A stretch of 36,894 nt of DNA from Acidobacteriota bacterium (GCA_036507075.1 DASXQR010000063.1:1-36894), one strand, 5' to 3'. Numbered from the stretch's first letter, positions 8,448 through 18,838 are shown. Numbers and translations: made by a program. The notes: a model not told the origin generated them from the sequence alone.

Positions 8448-9278
8448 TCAGGAATCCGCCAGGCTGCTTTCGCGATTCACAGCCGCATAGGTTTTGGCAG
8501 CAGGTGAAAAGACGCTTCGTCCTCCGTCCACTATCAGATTAATCCCCGTGATCCAGCTTGCTTCCTGACTTGCCAGAAAAGCCGCCGCGTTCGCGACATC
8601 TACGGCTCTGCCCAGCCTCTGAAGCGGTATCAGTTGACGCAGACCCTCTTTGAGTTCGGATGCATCTCCTCCCAGGATTTTCTCAAAGATGGCCGTGTCC
8701 ACCGGTCCGGGTGAGATGCTGTTTACGCGGATTCCATAGGGCCCGAGCTCCGACGCAAGCGCGCGCGTGTACATAACGAGCGCTGCCTTTGCCGGCGAGT
8801 AAAATCCGCAGTTCGGGACCGGAATGGAATCGGCGACACTGGATATATTGACAACCACGCCGCTGCGTCTGCGCTTCATCGAGGGCATGACCGCTTCGAT
8901 GTGGAAAACGGCGGCGGCCAGGTTCAGGCCGAAATCTCTGTCAAAATCTTTCAGGCCGGATTCACTCGCTGCCTTTTGAAACGGGCGGCCAACGCCGTTT
9001 ACCAGAATATCTATTTGCCCGAAGCTCTCCAGCGCGGTCCTGATAGTTGCCTCGGCCTGAGCGGCATCACAGGCATCAGCCGCGTATGATTTCACCCGGT
9101 CTCCGCAATCCGGCACTGCTTTGTTTAATGCCCTGACGGCGCGATCAAGTTTGGCTGCGTCCCGTCCGGTTATCAGGACGTGGGCGCCTTCTTGAAGAAA
9201 GCGCTCGGCTATGGCTTTACCAATTCCCTCGCTTGCGCCAGTGATTACGGAATTTTGATTCTCCAGTTTTCCTGACAT
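8448..9278 (-). CDS. short-chain dehydrogenase/reductase (SDR)
   Basis: TGASEGIG, NISS, YSPAK (YxxxK), NSISPG and VDGG motifs. Start moved to ATG 9278 (SD AAAGGA). Confidence 0.93.
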   Translation of the reverse strand: MSGKLENQNSVITGASEGIGKAIAERFLQEGAHVLITGRDAAKLDRAVRALNKAVPDCGDRVKSYAADACDAAQAEATIRTALESFGQIDILVNGVGRPFQKAASESGLKDFDRDFGLNLAAAVFHIEAVMPSMKRRRSGVVVNISSVADSIPVPNCGFYSPAKAALVMYTRALASELGPYGIRVNSISPGPVDTAIFEKILGGDASELKEGLRQLIPLQRLGRAVDVANAAAFLASQEASWITGINLIVDGGRSVFSPAAKTYAAVNRESSLADS

Positions 9279-9370
9279 GTTCCTTTGACTGTGAGTATTC
9301 TGTCGAGCGCAGCACATCCACTCGACCGCGATATCACCCGGGTAATGCGCGCGGATCAGCTTGGTTTCTG

Positions 9371-10141
9371 TTAATCCATCTCCATCCCGCCGCAGACATT
9401 AAGACTTTGTCCGTTGATATAGGATGCCTCGCCGGAAAGCAGGAAAGCGACGACGGATGCAACTTCCGACACCTGGCCCGGACGGCCCAGTGGAATGCGC
9501 GCAGAAATTGAACCGATGTCCGGGTCACCTTCCCGCCGGGTGCGGTCGGCCAGCACCTGAGACAACATCGGCGTGTGGATGGCTCCGGGGCAGACCGCAT
9601 TGACGCGCACACCCTGCGGACCGAGTGCAAGCGCGGCAGAGCGTGTGATGCTGATGACCGCGGCCTTTGACGCGGCGTAATGGGCATGAAGCGGACGCCC
9701 GCATCGTCCGCCCACAGAGCTAATGTTTACAATTGCGCCGCGCTGCCTCGAAGCCATTACTCTGCCGGCCGCCTGGACGCAGAAAAAGAGCCCACGGGCA
9801 TTGACGTCCATTACCAGATCCCAATCTTCGGCTGTGAGCTCAAGAAAAGGCTTTGCTTGCCACACACCGGCGCAGTTGACTTGGGCGTCCAGCGGCCCGA
9901 GGTCCTGTTCCAGTCTCGAGATTGCCCGCTCGACATCCTCAACGACGCGAACGTCGCAGACAAAAGCCACAGCTTTCCCGCCTTTCTGACTCACCTCTTC
10001 GACGGTGGCCTCGGCGGCTTCCCCGCGGTTATCCAAGACACCGACAGCCGTACCTTCTCCGGCCAGGCGCAAGGCCACAGAGCGCCCGATACCGCTGCCT
10101 GCGCCGGTTACCATCGTCACCTTAGCCATTCCTCCGGCCAT
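9371..10141 (-). CDS. short-chain dehydrogenase/reductase (SDR), probably NAD-preferring polyol/sugar dehydrogenase type
   Basis: TGAGSGIG, acidic residue after beta-2 (VLDN), NCAG, YAASK, NAVCPG and the C-terminal GQSLNVCGG. Confidence 0.93.
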   Translation of the reverse strand: MAGGMAKVTMVTGAGSGIGRSVALRLAGEGTAVGVLDNRGEAAEATVEEVSQKGGKAVAFVCDVRVVEDVERAISRLEQDLGPLDAQVNCAGVWQAKPFLELTAEDWDLVMDVNARGLFFCVQAAGRVMASRQRGAIVNISSVGGRCGRPLHAHYAASKAAVISITRSAALALGPQGVRVNAVCPGAIHTPMLSQVLADRTRREGDPDIGSISARIPLGRPGQVSEVASVVAFLLSGEASYINGQSLNVCGGMEMD

Positions 10142-10301
10142 AATGCTCGAAAAAATTTATGAATTAAACTTTTGCATCAATTTATGGTATGTGACAATCA
10201 TCTCGCAACAACTGAATGAGGGGCTTTGGAATGGGCGTTTACAGGAGAAGGTCCGCTACCGGGCCTCTTAAAGTCCTCTTATTGAGCTTAACGGAGGAAG
10301 T

Positions 10302-11702
10302 GTGAAAGCGCCCAACATTGCAATCATCGGTTTTTTGCTTTCGCTGATCTTACTGACAGGCGCTGCCAATCGTAGCGCCGGTGGCGGCTGGAAAGCGGGG
10401 GTGGCAATCCGTGACATCACTCCTCAGGAGTCGATCTGGTTGGGAGGATTCGGAAATCGCACCAGGCAATCGGAAGGCATCTCCCAGCGACTTCACGCGA
10501 AGGCGCTGGCGCTGGAGGACCGCAGGGGTGAGCGTCTGGTTATAGTGACTACCGATTTGCTTGGCTTTACCCGGGCGATCGCCGATCCAATAGTCAGTCG
10601 GCTCGCTCGCGAGGCGCACCTGAAGCGGCGCAGTCTGATACTCACTTCTTCACATACCCATTCCGGTCCCGTTATTCGGGATTACTCCGTTTTCGCCTAC
10701 GGCTTGAATCCGGAGCAAACCACAGCCATCGAGCGTTACAGCTCGTTCCTCGAGAATCAGGTCGTAGCGGCGGTGATGGCAGCGCTCAAAGATCTTTCCC
10801 CCGCCAGGATCAGGGTCGGAGAGGGAAGTGCTGGTTTCGGAGTGAACCGGCGACTCGCTATTAATCCGGCCGGCCCGGTCGATCCCAGCGTCCCGGTCAT
10901 GCAGGTCGAATCTGTTGCAGCCGACGGTTTCGCGGGCAAGGCCCGCGCCATACTCTTTAGTTACGCCTGCCACAACACCACACTGGTGGGGGACTCTTAT
11001 CAAGTGCATGGAGATTACGCAGGAGTGGCACAAGAGTCACTGGAAAAAGCACATCCGGAAGCCAGCGCTCTTTTTATGGCGGGTTGCGGCGGGGATATCA
11101 ACCCGCTCCCCCGAGGTACCGTCGAACTTGTCGAGAAGTATGGGCGCCAACTGGCGGCATCCGTTGAAAACGTTCTGCAAGGACCGATGCGCAACGTGGA
11201 AGGGACTCTGAGCACCGCTTTTGAGATTGTCAACCTGCGGTGGGCCCCTCCGCCAAGCAAAGAGGAGTGGCAGAGGCGAGCTCAGAGCCCAGAAGCCCCG
11301 CGCCGGCGACATGCGTTGAGAATGCTGGACATCATCCAACAGCATGGCAGGCTACCAGAGCACTATCCCTACCCGGTACAGGTTGCAAGCTTCGGCTCAA
11401 CAGTGGTGTTGGTAGCGCTGGGTGGCGAAGTTGTGGTGGATTACCCGCTGCGGCTGAGACGAGAACTTGCTTCCTATCCACTCTGGGTCGTTTCTTATTC
11501 AAACGATGTCATGGGTTACATTCCTTCGCTGCGCGTGCTGAAGGAGGGAGGGTATGAAGGAGGCGGCGCCATGACCTTTTACGGCAGGCCTGGTCCCTGG
11601 GCGCCGGACGTTGAGGAAAGAGTTGTAGGGGCTGTGAAGGATTTAGTTCCGAAAACAACCAGGAAAACATTCAACGGGATAGTCAAATCGCCCCGCCCGT
11701 GA
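10302..11702 (+). CDS. secreted neutral/alkaline non-lysosomal ceramidase-like metallo-amidohydrolase
   Basis: Signal peptide; motifs AGVAIRDITP, LHAKALAL, SHTHSGP, YACHNT, GCGGDINP, GGEVVVDY and YSNDVMGYIPS...EGGYE. SD GGAGG. Confidence 0.85.
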   Translation: MKAPNIAIIGFLLSLILLTGAANRSAGGGWKAGVAIRDITPQESIWLGGFGNRTRQSEGISQRLHAKALALEDRRGERLVIVTTDLLGFTRAIADPIVSRLAREAHLKRRSLILTSSHTHSGPVIRDYSVFAYGLNPEQTTAIERYSSFLENQVVAAVMAALKDLSPARIRVGEGSAGFGVNRRLAINPAGPVDPSVPVMQVESVAADGFAGKARAILFSYACHNTTLVGDSYQVHGDYAGVAQESLEKAHPEASALFMAGCGGDINPLPRGTVELVEKYGRQLAASVENVLQGPMRNVEGTLSTAFEIVNLRWAPPPSKEEWQRRAQSPEAPRRRHALRMLDIIQQHGRLPEHYPYPVQVASFGSTVVLVALGGEVVVDYPLRLRRELASYPLWVVSYSNDVMGYIPSLRVLKEGGYEGGGAMTFYGRPGPWAPDVEERVVGAVKDLVPKTTRKTFNGIVKSPRP

Positions 11703-13840
11703 GAGCCATGCGAAGAGTCGCAGGAAGAGCACTAATCCTTGTTGGCGTCCTGATCGCCGGTTCGGTCACGCAGAAGTCTTTGACCGGTCGGCAGAATAAT
11801 TCGCGGGAATTCGAATGGATCGGCTCGCGGGTGGGGATAACGGACAAAGTGCTCCCGCCGTGGACACCCCTGGTCATCAAGACCGAACAGGACGAACGCC
11901 GGAGTCCCGCTGTCGATTCTGTTTCCATTTCATGCTGGGGTCGCGCGTACGAGTTTGGAAGCCAGCCTTTTCTGCGACAGGTATACAGCGCGGGCCGTCC
12001 CCTGCTGGCAGGGCCTGTCAACTTATCCGTCCGTGCCGACAACCAGATCCTACCATGGGAGAGAACTGAAACCCGCGTACTGGAGGCGACGCCAGCCCTG
12101 GTCCGAATATCCCAGACAGCTTCGGCCGGCCCATTGCGTCTGCTCGCAAATGTACAGTTGGAATATGACGGCGCAATTCGCTTCGACTGGTCGCTGCAGC
12201 CGCAGCGGGAAATCGAAATTCAGGAGTTAACATTCAATATTCCGCTTCGCAGGCAATATGCGAAGTACCTTTACAATTTCCCGGGAGGATGGAGCAGAAA
12301 AGGCACCAACGCCGGACTTCTGCCCCCCCAGGGCTATTCGGGGGCATTTCGGCCTTTCATCTGGCTGGGAGATGAGGAACGAGGACTGAGTTGGTTCTCC
12401 GAGTCGGACGAGCGCTGGATCTCCTCGGATAGGAAACGGCTGATAGCAGTATCAGCGCGCGGAGATCAAGTAGTTTTACAACTCCACCTCCTGGATGTGC
12501 CCACCCGACTGGGCCGGGCTTTCGGTCCGATTACCTCATCCAGTAGGGAATCCTTGCGGTACGTCTTCGGCTTTCAGGCGACTCCCGTCAAACCCGTCAC
12601 CAAAGATGTGTGGGACTTTCGCATCGCCCACGTCGAGGCCACCTATTACGGAATCCAGGAACGGCTGAAGATACCGAATGAGAAGCTGGATCGCTTGGCG
12701 GCGGCAGGAGTAAGGACCATTGCGTTTCATGAGCACTGGACCGATGTCGAATCTTATGTAACGACGACCTATGGTGACGACCTCGCACGGCTTGTGAACA
12801 GCTGCCACGCTCGAGGAATCGACCTGCTCCTCTATTTTGGTTTTCTGGTTTCGGACCTTGCGCCGGAGTGGCCCAGATTGGGTGCCCAATGTGTGGTGAT
12901 GCCGCGGGAGGGGTACGAGCCGTACGATTACCCACCCCAACCGAAGCAGAATGCATACCGAGTCTGCTACAACAGCGTCTGGCAGGATCGTATTGCTGTC
13001 GGAATTGCGGATGTCATGGACCGATATCACATCGACGGCGTCTACCTGGACGGAACGGAATATGTCTGGCCTTGCGCGAATCGCGCCCACGGCTGCGGCT
13101 ATGCGCGGCCTGATGGCAGCGTTGCGCCCACCTACCCGTTCTGGGCGGTCCGAAATATGATGAAGCGTATCTACACCATTGTGAAAACGCGAAAACCCGA
13201 GGGTCAAATCAACGTCCACAATTCTACCTGTATGACCATTCCAACCCTCGGATGGGCCACCAGCTACTGGGACGGCGAACAGTTCCGTGATCTGCCTGTC
13301 CAATCGGCGAGCACAGCTCTCATCCCATTGGATGTGTTTCGTACGGAGTTTATGGGTCATCAATGGGGCGTGCCGGCGGAATTCATGAGTTTTGAGGAGG
13401 AGAAGAAGACGCTATTTCATTTCCGCGAGGCCCACGCCTTTACACTACTCCATGATGTACTGGGGGGGCGTAGTTGGCGAATCGGCCCTTCGCTGGACCT
13501 GGCATCTTCGCTGTGGCGCCTGAGCGACGACTTCGGACGCAAATCCGCCGAATGGCTGCCTTACTGGCGCAATTCTGCATACGTCACGGTCGAGCCGGGT
13601 GAGGTCTATACGAGCCTTTACCGGCATCCGAAGAACGGTCTCCTGGCGGTCGTGTCAAATCTGGGACGAACAGAAGCGAGCGCAGCGGTGCGGTTCAACC
13701 TGCAGAAACTCCGGCTTAAGAGGAACCTGTTGATCCGGGATGCCCTCAGCGGAGAAGACCTCAGTATAGAGGATGGACTTGTCAAGCTGTCGTTGAGGCC
13801 CATGCAGTGGAAGATTCTTTGGGCCAGGGAACGACCGTGA
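11699..13840 (+). CDS. secreted glycoside-hydrolase-like protein (DUF6067-like)
   Basis: Signal peptide and GTGA overlap with the upstream gene. Motifs VLPPWTPL, PFIWLGDEERGLSWFSESD, FGFQATPVKP and IDGVYLDG (barrel), plus WDGEQ and WLPYW. Alternative start ATG 11708. Confidence 0.7.
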   Translation: MRAMRRVAGRALILVGVLIAGSVTQKSLTGRQNNSREFEWIGSRVGITDKVLPPWTPLVIKTEQDERRSPAVDSVSISCWGRAYEFGSQPFLRQVYSAGRPLLAGPVNLSVRADNQILPWERTETRVLEATPALVRISQTASAGPLRLLANVQLEYDGAIRFDWSLQPQREIEIQELTFNIPLRRQYAKYLYNFPGGWSRKGTNAGLLPPQGYSGAFRPFIWLGDEERGLSWFSESDERWISSDRKRLIAVSARGDQVVLQLHLLDVPTRLGRAFGPITSSSRESLRYVFGFQATPVKPVTKDVWDFRIAHVEATYYGIQERLKIPNEKLDRLAAAGVRTIAFHEHWTDVESYVTTTYGDDLARLVNSCHARGIDLLLYFGFLVSDLAPEWPRLGAQCVVMPREGYEPYDYPPQPKQNAYRVCYNSVWQDRIAVGIADVMDRYHIDGVYLDGTEYVWPCANRAHGCGYARPDGSVAPTYPFWAVRNMMKRIYTIVKTRKPEGQINVHNSTCMTIPTLGWATSYWDGEQFRDLPVQSASTALIPLDVFRTEFMGHQWGVPAEFMSFEEEKKTLFHFREAHAFTLLHDVLGGRSWRIGPSLDLASSLWRLSDDFGRKSAEWLPYWRNSAYVTVEPGEVYTSLYRHPKNGLLAVVSNLGRTEASAAVRFNLQKLRLKRNLLIRDALSGEDLSIEDGLVKLSLRPMQWKILWARERP

Positions 13841-13953
13841 TGGTAAGGATCTTGCCGGCCTGACCCACTCCTGGAATCAAACTCGCTGGCGGCGCGGGGA
13901 CATGCTGTCAATCAAGCGGCAGTGATCCGTTGCCCTGCGTGTCGCGACATTTT

Positions 13954-15657
13954 ATGAGATCGGTTCTCAGGGTACCGTCGAGTGTCTTTGTGGTGGCTTT
14001 GCTCACCTTGGGAGGTCCTTTCCGAGCCCCTGCCCCCTTCCCCGCGCCTTCGGAAGTCGGTCCAATCCATTTCGAGAACCGCCGGCAGCGTTCCGGCATC
14101 GATTTCGTACTCGACAACGGCGGCACCGTGGACAAGCACGTAATCGAGGCCGCGCTCGGCGGCGTTGCGCTGCTCGATTTTGACGGGGATGGATTCCTGG
14201 ATATTTACTTTACGAACGGAGCACAGATACCCGTGCTTGCGAAAAACAAGAAGTCGTTTTACAACCGGCTTTATCGGAACAACCGCGACGGCACCTTCAA
14301 AGATGTCACCGAAGCAGCGGGTGTGAAGGGTCGCGGCTATGACATGGGTGTGGCGACCGGTGATTTTGATAATGATGGCTGGACGGACATCTTTGTGGCC
14401 GGGGTAAACGAAAATACTCTTTACGGGAACAACGGCAACGGGACTTTCACTGATGTGACAAAGAGAGCCGGCCTGAGCGGTGTGCGAAAGGACGGCACAA
14501 AGCCCTGGTCTGTTGCTGCTGCCTGGCTGGATGTGGACAACGACGGCTATTTGGACCTTTTTGTTTCGAATTACCTCGACTGGTCCGTCAAGACCTCCAA
14601 GAAATGCGGGCTTCACGGCAGCCGTTTGACCTGTTCTCCCAATGACTATCGAGGCTTGCCTAACTTGCTTTATCGAAACAATCGCGATGGAACATTCACC
14701 GACATCTCATTGCAAAGCGGCATCGGAAAGCATGTGGGGAAGGGAATGGGGGTCGCGGTGGCCGACTACGATTCTGACGGCCGCCTCGATATATTTGTGG
14801 CCAACGACAGGCAGATTAACTTTCTTTTTCGAAACATCGATGGTCGAAGCTTTGAGGAAGTGGGTGTCGAAGCCGGCGTGGCGCTTCCCGAAACGGGTCT
14901 GCCCGTTTCCAGCATGGGCGCTGAGTTTCGCGACCTTAACAATGATGGTTGGCCCGATCTGAGTATCACCGCCCTCGCTGAGGAAACTTTTCCGCTGTTC
15001 TTGAATGATGGCCGCGGAATGTTCATCGATTCCACATTCAACGCTGGACTAGCGACGACCACTATGGCGATGAGCGGATGGGGAGTCGGAGCGTTTGATT
15101 TTGATAACGACGGGTACAAAGACCTATTCTTTGCCAATTCATACGTCAGTGAGAATATCAGTTTCTATGCCCCGCATTTGGTCTACAAACTGAGGAACGC
15201 GATTTTCAAGAACAGCCGCGGTGGGATCTTTAAGGACGTGACGCTGCAGGCCGGCCAGGCGTTAACGGCAGCAAGCGCTCACCGGGGAAGTGCCTTTGGG
15301 GACCTTGATAATGACGGGAGGATTGACGTGGTTGTTTCGGCGATCAACGACAGGCCGGAGATCCTCTACAATGATACGCGCAGCGGGAATCACTGGATTC
15401 TTCTGGACATTCAGGGGAAGCGAAGTAATCGGGATGGCATTGGGACGAAGATCAGACTGGTGGGTCAATCTGGACTTGTTCAATACAATCATGTCAGCAC
15501 ATCGGTGGGGTATGCGAGCGCGTCTGACCGCAGAGTTCATTTTGGCTTAGGTCAAGATAACCGGATCGGTGAGATAGAGCTTCAATGGCCGGATGGAAAG
15601 GTGCAGATCTTAAAGAACGTGGCTGCGAATCAAATTCTGAAAATCATCGAGGAATGA
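13954..15657 (+). CDS. CRTAC1-family protein (FG-GAP/VCBS beta-propeller repeats plus ASPIC/UnbV C-terminal domain)
   Basis: Seven DxDxDGxxD repeats, LYRNNRDGTF repeats, HRGSAFGDLDNDG, SNRDGIG, VHFGLG and WPDG. Signal peptide from ATG 13954. Confidence 0.92.
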   Translation: MRSVLRVPSSVFVVALLTLGGPFRAPAPFPAPSEVGPIHFENRRQRSGIDFVLDNGGTVDKHVIEAALGGVALLDFDGDGFLDIYFTNGAQIPVLAKNKKSFYNRLYRNNRDGTFKDVTEAAGVKGRGYDMGVATGDFDNDGWTDIFVAGVNENTLYGNNGNGTFTDVTKRAGLSGVRKDGTKPWSVAAAWLDVDNDGYLDLFVSNYLDWSVKTSKKCGLHGSRLTCSPNDYRGLPNLLYRNNRDGTFTDISLQSGIGKHVGKGMGVAVADYDSDGRLDIFVANDRQINFLFRNIDGRSFEEVGVEAGVALPETGLPVSSMGAEFRDLNNDGWPDLSITALAEETFPLFLNDGRGMFIDSTFNAGLATTTMAMSGWGVGAFDFDNDGYKDLFFANSYVSENISFYAPHLVYKLRNAIFKNSRGGIFKDVTLQAGQALTAASAHRGSAFGDLDNDGRIDVVVSAINDRPEILYNDTRSGNHWILLDIQGKRSNRDGIGTKIRLVGQSGLVQYNHVSTSVGYASASDRRVHFGLGQDNRIGEIELQWPDGKVQILKNVAANQILKIIEE

Positions 15658-15669
15658 AGGCGGTCAAAA

Positions 15670-16752
15670 TTATTCGTGCTTCGGAGGCGTGTTTCCTTCG
15701 GGAGCGGAGGACTCGGAGTTCGCCGGCGCTTCTCGCGTCAAACCCGCGTACTTTTTGGCAAGGTCAACCTCACCGAGCTCGCTGTACACACGAGAAAGCA
15801 AGTAATAGATCTGGCGGTCTTCAACAGAGCCGCCGGCGGGCGATTGAAATCGAAGTGCGTTATTCAAATCTTCGCGTGCCTCCTGATAGTTGCGGAGACG
15901 CAGGTTAAGTCGAGCGCGTTCGTAGTAGGCGGCTCTTTTGTCTGGAACGAAATCCACCGCGCGATCCAGGTGCAGCTTCGCTTTGGACAGCTCGTTCTGC
16001 CGCAACAAAAAGCTGCCGTAATTGTATTGAAGCGAGTTGTCGAAAAACTCCCCCTGGTTGATTTCAAGCCCCTTTTGAAAGGTCAGGCCTGCGTTTTGGC
16101 TGTCGCCCAGACGTTCCAGGTTGAGGGCGAGGTAGTCGTAAGCCCAGGCGTTCAGCGGGTTGATCCCGATGACTTTCTCGAACTGGGCTTTCGCTTCGGA
16201 ATAACGCTTTTGTTTATACAGAACCATGCCGAGCAAAAAACGCCCGTTAACATTCTCCGGAGCCAGCGTACATGCCTTCTCCACCAGCATCCGCGTCTCG
16301 GAGGTCTGACCTTGGGCAAGCAGAATATTTGCTCTGAGCAGCAGGGCCTGGGGGTGATGAGGCCCGAATCTTACGGCCAATTCGGACATCAAATCTGCCT
16401 GGTGAAAGTATTCGTCTTTGATTCGTCCTTTTGACAATGACAGGAACAATTCTCCCAGGTGGTAATAGCCCTCCGGGTCACTGGGCGCGGAATTTTTGTA
16501 CTGCGTGAAGAATTCTTCAGCGGCTGCCGGATTTCTCTGAGCTGCGGCGATCCTTCCCAGCCCCAGGAAAACTTTATGACATCCGGGGTGAGACTGTCTT
16601 ATCTGCAGAAGAATAAGCTTCGCCTCATCGAGGCCTCCCTGCTCAATCCGCTTTGTCGCCGTCAGAAGCTGCGCTTCGACGCCCCTGCACTGCGGCGCGT
16701 CAGGGCCCAGGGTGAGCAGAACTGACAAAACTACCGTGATGAACAATCTCAT
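15670..16752 (-). CDS. secreted tetratricopeptide-repeat protein
   Basis: Repeated TPR-type helical motifs (e.g. LGMVLYKQKRYSEAKAQFEKVIGINP). Start moved to ATG 16752 (AAAGGAG upstream, then a signal peptide). The ORF-track TTG 16809 coincides with a -35 box. Confidence 0.85.
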   Translation of the reverse strand: MRLFITVVLSVLLTLGPDAPQCRGVEAQLLTATKRIEQGGLDEAKLILLQIRQSHPGCHKVFLGLGRIAAAQRNPAAAEEFFTQYKNSAPSDPEGYYHLGELFLSLSKGRIKDEYFHQADLMSELAVRFGPHHPQALLLRANILLAQGQTSETRMLVEKACTLAPENVNGRFLLGMVLYKQKRYSEAKAQFEKVIGINPLNAWAYDYLALNLERLGDSQNAGLTFQKGLEINQGEFFDNSLQYNYGSFLLRQNELSKAKLHLDRAVDFVPDKRAAYYERARLNLRLRNYQEAREDLNNALRFQSPAGGSVEDRQIYYLLSRVYSELGEVDLAKKYAGLTREAPANSESSAPEGNTPPKHE

Positions 16753-16779
16753 TCTCCTTTGATTCAGCGGCCCGGTTGC

Positions 16780-16809
16780 ACGGTAGCAGTTCGGCTGGGA
16801 CCGTGTCAA
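16780..16809 (-). promoter_or_regulatory. sigma70-type promoter of the leftward TPR gene
   Basis: TTGACA-N18-TACCGT with an extended -10 TGn on the minus strand. Confidence 0.55.
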
Positions 16810-16875
16810 ACGCCGGGGACGAAAACTGTGCTGCCTTTCTTTGTGCCTGCTTGAAGTGTTAAATTAAGCCGTCTG

Positions 16876-18357
16876 ATGCAATTCTGGCATTGGGCAAAGA
16901 ATTTTCATTTGGAATACCGGAAAACAATTCGAGGTTTCATTCCCTCTGTCGTCGTCTCACTACTCGTGTTCCAATATGTGTGCAGCGACGCTTCGGCCGT
17001 CACATCCATCAATCAAAAGAACATTGAACAGGAGCTGGAGGTGTGCAAGCAGTTGATTGCCAAAGGACGGCCGTCCGAGGCAATCTCAAGTCTCAACGAT
17101 TTGAAACAACGAGCTCCGCGTGATTCGCGGCTGTATTTCTTTTCCGGCATGGCTCTGGCCGAGAAGAAGCAACTGGACCTGGCAGCCGCGGAATTTGAAG
17201 AGGCGAAGCGTCTTGGTCCGAACCAACCGGAGTATGCGGTGGCTTCAGCCAACGTGCTTTCACTGCTGGGGCGAACGGTTGAGGCCCGGCGGACATTGAG
17301 GCTGTTCGAACAGCGCGGATTTCTGAATCGCTTGGCGACCGACTGGCTGTGGCTGCTGTGCGACGTGTACTACCGGCTGGAAAGGACCAGCGACGCGGCG
17401 AAAATTGTCGAGCTTTATGCTCAGCGCAAACCTAACGATCCGAAAATTCCTTTGCGTCGCGGGCAAATCAATATCGTCGAGGGCAACTTCGAACGCGCCG
17501 AGGATAATCTGAGGAAGGCCGTTGCGGTGTCGCCCGGTAGCGCCGAAGCTTATTTCGAGCTGGGCAAAGTACTTTGGCTGCGAAGCGAACTGGCCTCTTC
17601 CAGAGAGAACTCATTGGCCGCAGTGCGACTGAGTCCGACAAATCCTGAATATCTTTATCAGCTTGGCAAAGTCTGCATGGCATTGAGCCAGTCCGACGAG
17701 GCAGTGCAATACCTGGAACGAGCCGAGAGCTCTGGTGCCGACCCGGCCAAGGTATTCCGGGCTTTGGGGGAAGCCTGTGAACAGCGAGGTGACTCGGTAA
17801 GAGCCAAAGAATATTTCGAGAAATATCAGCAGATTGTTTCAAGGCGAACGCAACAGGCTGCGCAGGATCAGCAAATATCCAACCTGATCGAGCAGGGTCA
17901 AGCCGATCTGGAAAAAGGAAGAATCTCAGAGGCCCGGGCTTCCTTCCAGCGAGTCCTTCAGCTAGCTCCAAACACCTGGCTGGCGCATGCCTATTTGGCC
18001 GAGAGCTATCTTTCCGGTGAGCCTGCCGCGCCCCAATCGGCATATCCGCACCTCCTCAAAATGCGTGAGCTCGACCCTGATTCGGCGGAGGGAAACACAC
18101 TGACGGCCCTCTACTGGTACAAGCAACAGGACCCGAACCAAGCGCGAGTTTACGCTGAGCAGGCGAAGATGAAGAGGCCGGGGCACGCAGAACTGCGAAA
18201 TCTCTTAGGGAACATTTACTTCGCGCTCGGGCAACCAAACAAGGCTCTTGAAGAGTACGCCATCGCGGTGCGGCTGGCACCGGAGCGCTGGGACTTCAAA
18301 CAGAATTACATGAGCATCCAGCGTCTGGTCCGGCAAAAATCCAAAGTACAACCGTAA
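16876..18357 (+). CDS. secreted tetratricopeptide-repeat protein
   Basis: N-terminal hydrophobic segment ending ASA and many TPR motifs (e.g. AYFELGKV, RNLLGNIYFALGQPNKALEEY). Confidence 0.85.
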   Translation: MQFWHWAKNFHLEYRKTIRGFIPSVVVSLLVFQYVCSDASAVTSINQKNIEQELEVCKQLIAKGRPSEAISSLNDLKQRAPRDSRLYFFSGMALAEKKQLDLAAAEFEEAKRLGPNQPEYAVASANVLSLLGRTVEARRTLRLFEQRGFLNRLATDWLWLLCDVYYRLERTSDAAKIVELYAQRKPNDPKIPLRRGQINIVEGNFERAEDNLRKAVAVSPGSAEAYFELGKVLWLRSELASSRENSLAAVRLSPTNPEYLYQLGKVCMALSQSDEAVQYLERAESSGADPAKVFRALGEACEQRGDSVRAKEYFEKYQQIVSRRTQQAAQDQQISNLIEQGQADLEKGRISEARASFQRVLQLAPNTWLAHAYLAESYLSGEPAAPQSAYPHLLKMRELDPDSAEGNTLTALYWYKQQDPNQARVYAEQAKMKRPGHAELRNLLGNIYFALGQPNKALEEYAIAVRLAPERWDFKQNYMSIQRLVRQKSKVQP

Positions 18358-18391
18358 GAACACTCAAAGCCGAATTATCGGTGAGGCGCTC

Positions 18392-18769
18392 TCAGGCCGG
18401 GGTCTCCTGCCAGTGGTACCACTCCTCAAAAAGACTGCACTGGTTCGCTTCGTCGAGCGTTACCTTGAAAATCCCATCGTATTTGACTCGGGTGTTGTTG
18501 TCGGTGCGCAGCAGCGTCAACCAGAAGCGGCACACACCGACGGTTTCGGTGGTCCCGAGCATCTCAAAAGTAAACTTCAGTTGTTTCTGATGTTCCACCG
18601 CGCCCGCATGATGCCTGGCTACCGCTTTCCTTCCATAACGTGGCTCGTTAAAGGGGCCCCAGCAGTAGACGCATTCTTCGGCAAAAAGCGCACCCACGCC
18701 GTCCGCATCTTCGTTTTCGAAGGCCCTGCAATACTGGTCGAACCAGTGTTCAAATCTTGTCGAATTCAC
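18392..18769 (-). CDS. nuclear transport factor 2 / SnoaL-like family protein
   Basis: 125 aa with YCRAFENEDADGVGALFAE, GPFNEPRYGRKAV, YDGIF and CSLFEEW patterns; cotranscribed with the upstream oxidoreductase. Confidence 0.82.
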   Translation of the reverse strand: MNSTRFEHWFDQYCRAFENEDADGVGALFAEECVYCWGPFNEPRYGRKAVARHHAGAVEHQKQLKFTFEMLGTTETVGVCRFWLTLLRTDNNTRVKYDGIFKVTLDEANQCSLFEEWYHWQETPA

Positions 18770-18838
18770 TGAAAACCTTGCCTGTCGTCCTTACCGCGGC
18801 ATTCAAAACGGATTTTTTCGCTAGGCGTGGCCCGTGAG

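Noticed and set aside
14170..15330. Recurring similar DNA segments within the CRTAC1 gene
   Set aside because: Explained by protein-level FG-GAP repeats; not a CRISPR array or DNA repeat.
12536..16434. Long antisense ORFs (12536-13363, 13912-14616, 15676-16434; also 4812-5462)
   Set aside because: Shadow frames of well-supported genes in GC-rich DNA, with no motifs of their own.
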